64,000 nt of DNA from Macrostomum hystrix (lineage: Eukaryota > Animalia > Platyhelminthes): assembly GCA_950097015.1 (NCBI GenBank), contig CATNEN010000039.1:10912001-10976000 (forward strand), in the 5' to 3' direction. Below the pieces are notes generated by a model that had not been told where the DNA came from, did not search any database, and was given only the letters and a program-made list of their open reading frames with translations. The position numbers were made by a program, and so were the translations under genes. This document shows positions 59,521 to 64,000 of this stretch, piece after piece. Each line of letters starts with the position of its first letter. Position 1 is the stretch's first letter.

Positions 59521-62500
59521 ATGGATCTACGAACCCAAGAAAATTTTATCAGCTTCTTCCCCAGCCAAGTAACTCTCGATTACTGGAAAAATAGGCTGCA
59601 ATCAGCGTTAAAATCTGATTCTGGCCTGCTGGCTAAAATATTACCAATTGTCCTACTGAACAATGAGTACCAGATGCATGAGCAGTTCTCCAAGTCAGAA
59701 GAGCTATTGGCTTCGTTTAAAGATCTTGTTGGTCAGGAGGCCATGAATAAACTTCTGCGAGCCGTCTACGCCAAGGATGTTGCTGCTAGATCTTCAGGCT
59801 TTCAGGAATACCAAAACGAGCTTGTTAAGCAGCGATTCTCTGGGCTGACAATGGATGCCACCGAAGAGGAAATTGAAGAGCGAAGCGGCTTCGAGAGTTC
59901 CAGCCTGTTTGTTACGACACTGTACGCTGTAGGCAAAGGAAACTTGGCCTTAGTCCGGGATCCAGCATCGAGCTGGGAGTGGATGTCGTGGAGCAAGCTG
60001 GCTCACTGGTTGGCTGGGCAGTACCTGAGAAGTCAGCTTACAGTTGACACGCGTCTTGCCAACTGCATGAGAATCACCATGGCGAGATTCATGTTCAACT
60101 GCGCCATGAGAAAGGATATTTTCGAATATCAGTTCCTTGTAAAATCTTTTCAGTACTTTGAGGGTATGGTCGAGCGCAAAGTGGATAATAAAAAGCTGAT
60201 TCGAAGAACCGACTCAGAGATTATTTCGAGCCTTGAGTCCATCACCGCTGTTCTCAACATGGCGTCTTGCTTCTTGGAGCTGCGTCAAACCAATAAGTGC
60301 CGAACTCTCATTAAGCAGGCGCGAAAACTGCTGGAGAAATGCTCGAGTTCGGGCTCGTTGGATTACTTGATGGCATATGCCGACTATGTGGAGGGCCTGA
60401 GTCATTTTGAAGACACCAGTCCTCTGAAGGGGAAGCTGAACAAAAGAAGACTGCATTGGAACACTTTGGAGTTCAACAAAAAGTACGATGACAGCTTACA
60501 GCTTTTGAAAAAAAGTGCAGCTGCTCTCAAAAAAAGAAATCCGGACGCTCCATTGACTGCGTCAGTTGCTACTATGCTAGCGATCGTTTTTCTAAACAAG
60601 AGTGTCAGTTTAACACAAGAGGCTTTTGATCATCTTGAAACAGCTCTTGATTTGGAAATGAAACACGAGACCCAGACACTGACAGCAAAGTATCTGCGTC
60701 CAATTTTAATGGAAATCGATTTCGAACCTGAGACTCCCGAGAGAGCTGCGATTTATAATCGATTGTGTAATAAAGCGGTGAGTTTGAGTCATATTTTCCT
60801 AGCTTGTAATCACATAGATCTAGAAGAGCTAGACAGTCTTGCAAATAGATGATTCTTTTTGTTCATATATAAAAACTTTGCGGCTTTTTATCCACCTATA
60901 CTAAACCTCTAATCAGTTTACTCATTTCCGAGTCGTGTTGAACTCGTTTTAATAAGAATAATAGTAATAATTGGTTACACCTGCCCCAATAGGGCCAAAC
61001 GTACAGCCGACAGCACAGTCGCAGCTATGATGGGTGCCACCCCAGCTGATGATGGCACCCATTTAACAGCTTGGTGAACTGAAGCAATGAAGAGTGATTA
61101 AGTGTCTTGCTAACGAACATAGATTGTTTCACTGGATTCGGGAATCGAACTTCCGACCTTCAAGTCGTGATTCCGACGCTCTAACCTCTAGTCTTACAAC
61201 CCCCATTTGACAAAAAATTGATACGTATCTTGTTGACTTCAGATTTGCTTAAAAGAAGCTTAAATTCTAAGCTTAATTTCTTTATCTAACTAGGATTGGT
61301 GTTTTGTTCACTTTCAATGCTTAAAATACTAATTAACCCCTTCACAGGAAGCTCTGTTTTCCGTCGAATCAATATCCCGGCGCAACAACGATCAGAAGGT
61401 CGCAGTGTGTGACGGGCTAGCCGATAGTCATAGCCTTGATTCAAGCAGCTCTTCCTATAGCCTTCTGCCTCGCTTTGTGCAAAGATCCGAGCACAGTATT
61501 CCTGGAGATATTTTCTTAGCGATTGCTAATTCGAAACAATTTTTAGATGCTCATAGGCAAGAGAGCCTGTCACACTTTAAAAAGTTGCTCAGCCTGTGCT
61601 CCGTCGATTCTGGCCTTCGAACTCGCATTCTCTGCTTGCTTTTCATTTCGCGGCACCATTTGCATTCCCAGTATCTGAAAAAGGTACAGTCGAAACTGGA
61701 CCAAGTGGTGCGACTAATGGACACGATTTTCGGCATAAGGCTGGATATTGCATCTCAGCAGGATTTTGCTACACAGTTGCAGTCACATCCTGTGATTTGG
61801 AGAGAGTTGAAATTTCTCGTTATATTTTGGCTTGTAAACAAAGCCCAGCTAGCACTGGGAGACGCTGCACTTCAGGATCAGAGAGAAGCAGCTTCAAGAG
61901 TGGAGAAAATGATTGATCTTCCTCGCGACAGAAATCTTAAAAGCTTCTCGCAAGTCGTGGTGTTTTTTCGCCAGAAAATAGCGGATTACAGGAGCAAGTC
62001 GAAGCGGATGTGGGGCAAAGCTCGCAAGATTCTTGAGAGTGCGAAGCGAATGCTGCAGGAAATGAAACCCGGTATCAAGGAAACTGAGAAGATAGCGTTC
62101 TCATTTCTATCACAATTCATGGCCGAAGCATTTTACGAGCTAAATGACCTGAAGGCCTTCGACGAACGATACAGAAGCGACCCTCAGCTGGTTTTCGCTG
62201 TTGTTGATTTGCTAAATGATGCTGATGAGCTTAGACCTAAAGAGACATCCACTGATGAGGTAACCTCAGCTGATTTGCTATTGCACTTAGACAGTGCAGC
62301 AATTAACCGACCTGCTCTGAGTCGCTACATGAAGCGTCTTTCAGTAGATAAGGTGGGCAACAGAGTGCTTGGCAAATTCCAAGATTTAGAGGTGATTCTT
62401 ACAGTCAGCAATGCGCCTGAGAAGATCAAACAGCTTCAAGAGTCATATGAGACGTGTTTTAGGAGTAGCCTTTTCGAATCAGAAGTCCATGCTCTCCTAC

Positions 62501-63669
62501 ATTTTAATGCAGGCCTACAGCTTATGAGACAGGCGTACATGAATCCATTCAAGGCTCACTACAACTGCTTTAACGCAGCAATCCTTAAGTTTCGTAAGGC
62601 TGCTAGAATTTTTGAAGTACTTTATGGAGACGATACAAGAACCTCTCGATGCTATGCCTTAATGAGCTTGCTGTACTGTCACCAAGTGCAGTTGGAGGAC
62701 CAGGAATCTAGATGCCTTAGTTGTCTTGAAAGGTGCGCAAATATTGAGACTCGCCTTGTTGCCAAGGAAGCTAATCCGAGTCCGTGGGTCTGGAAGTGTC
62801 TTGAAGTGATTCGTGATGGTAAAGCTTATTTCGCTCAGTTAGCCAAATCTGAAGGCACCGAGACTGGCTTCCGTGGAGAGTCGGACAAGTGGACGCATCT
62901 TTTTGATCGAGTTCAAGTGAGTCTACGGAAATTTATATAGTTCCATTTTTGCTTTCAGTTGCTATATTCTATTGAAGAGAAAAGCTGTAATATTAGATAA
63001 AATTTACTTGTATCTTTACGTTAAGCTATAGTTGCTCGTGTCAGTTTTATTTCGTTCCTTCTCTTTTTTGTTTGTTCATTAAGTCAGGCATTCGCTCCAA
63101 TATCTTTCCCAGGCCATCCTAAAGCGTGACGTGCCATATTGCTCCATGGAACCCGACTCAAATCTGCATCATGAAAGCCTTCAATTGCTTGCTGATCAAC
63201 TGTTTGGTATGTTGCACCGTATCTTAATGTTTCTCTACTGTGCAGAAGTTTATGGCCCTACCTAATAAATTTAGACCCGCTCGAGGAATGGGAAGAGAAG
63301 CGTAACCGCAGTCTGAAGTCAATCGCAGTGATGATGCAGGACCGGGAGTTTCCCAAGGACAGTCCACCTTCTGATACGGAGATCCGTTGCTATGCGCAAT
63401 ACCTGACAAAGTTGTTTAACCGCCATTGGCACTTTTGCCCAGTTCCTCAAGGCAGAAAACCTGAGGATCGATGCCAGCTCGACAACCTTGACGGCACCCC
63501 AGATGCAGTCATTCGGAATCACTTCCTGGAAGGTCTGAGCGCTTACACAACAAGTCATGCCGATGATAAGAGCCGAATTCTGAAGCGACTGCAGCTTAAT
63601 CATAATTTGCTGCTAACAAAGTGTCACCAGGCCATTCTATATCACGAAAACTATAAAGTTTCCTATTAG
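59521..63669 (+). CDS. Uncharacterised about 1104-aa alpha-helical (TPR/solenoid-like) protein, paralog B; 4 exons
   Basis: Exons 59521-60777, 61348-62916, 63113-63206 and 63275-63669 join in frame (3315 nt). The 94-nt penultimate exon and DPL-starting last exon match paralog A. Confidence 0.78.
60951..61204 (-). mobile_element. CORE-type SINE family A copy in intron 1 of paralog B
   Basis: ggtgaactgaagcaat...taagtgtcttgct...gggaatcgaac...acaacccc, as in the other copies. Confidence 0.75.
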
Positions 63670-64000
63670 TTCTATTGGCGAATGCACTTTTTCTTTTCTA
63701 AACTCAAGTTTGCACAATTAAAGTGCGATGAACATTTTCGTTTCAGACGCTTTTGATAATGCGCAGAAGCACGGATTTAACCTTTGTTATCGAATCGATA
63801 TTGGCAAACGATAATATACGAGTATTTGCTCGCAACTACTCTGATTAATTTTTTTGCTTTTTTCATTCCATTTTCTGTTTTTTCTCGAATGATTTCAGAA
63901 AATTTATTGTTTTGCACTAGATGAAGAAGTTTTTTTTTTTACGGTGGAGTATCTATGTACAAATATTATATATGTGCGTGCGAAATAGAGGTTTTGGCAC

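Overview
Eukaryotic, intron-containing, repeat-rich DNA from an invertebrate animal. The short GT-AG introns and gene/TE content are compatible with a flatworm-like genome, but the taxon is inference only. Host genes in order: SLC16/MCT-like transporter (-), small secreted protein with a degenerate kringle-like module (-), MFSD8-like transporter (-), RGS7BP/R9AP-like anchor (-), two tandem hydroxylysine-kinase (HYKK) paralogs (+), topoisomerase IB (TOP1, +), and a tandem family of about 1,100-aa all-helical proteins I cannot assign (two complete spliced genes plus one truncated copy, +). Mobile DNA is abundant. It includes a Crypton-type tyrosine-recombinase element wrapped in nested inverted repeats and hairpins (about 12.0-14.8 kb); an RNase H-bearing LINE with an inverted 5' half hosting an apparently intact two-ORF CACTA/EnSpm transposon (itself carrying a MITE) and a P-like non-autonomous element (23.9-35.4 kb); other LINE fragments; three tRNA-headed SINE families; a hAT-like MITE; and a G-rich minisatellite. 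The best candidates for undescribed biology are the hairpin-flanked recombinase element and the orphan helical-repeat gene family. All calls were made by eye with no database searches.
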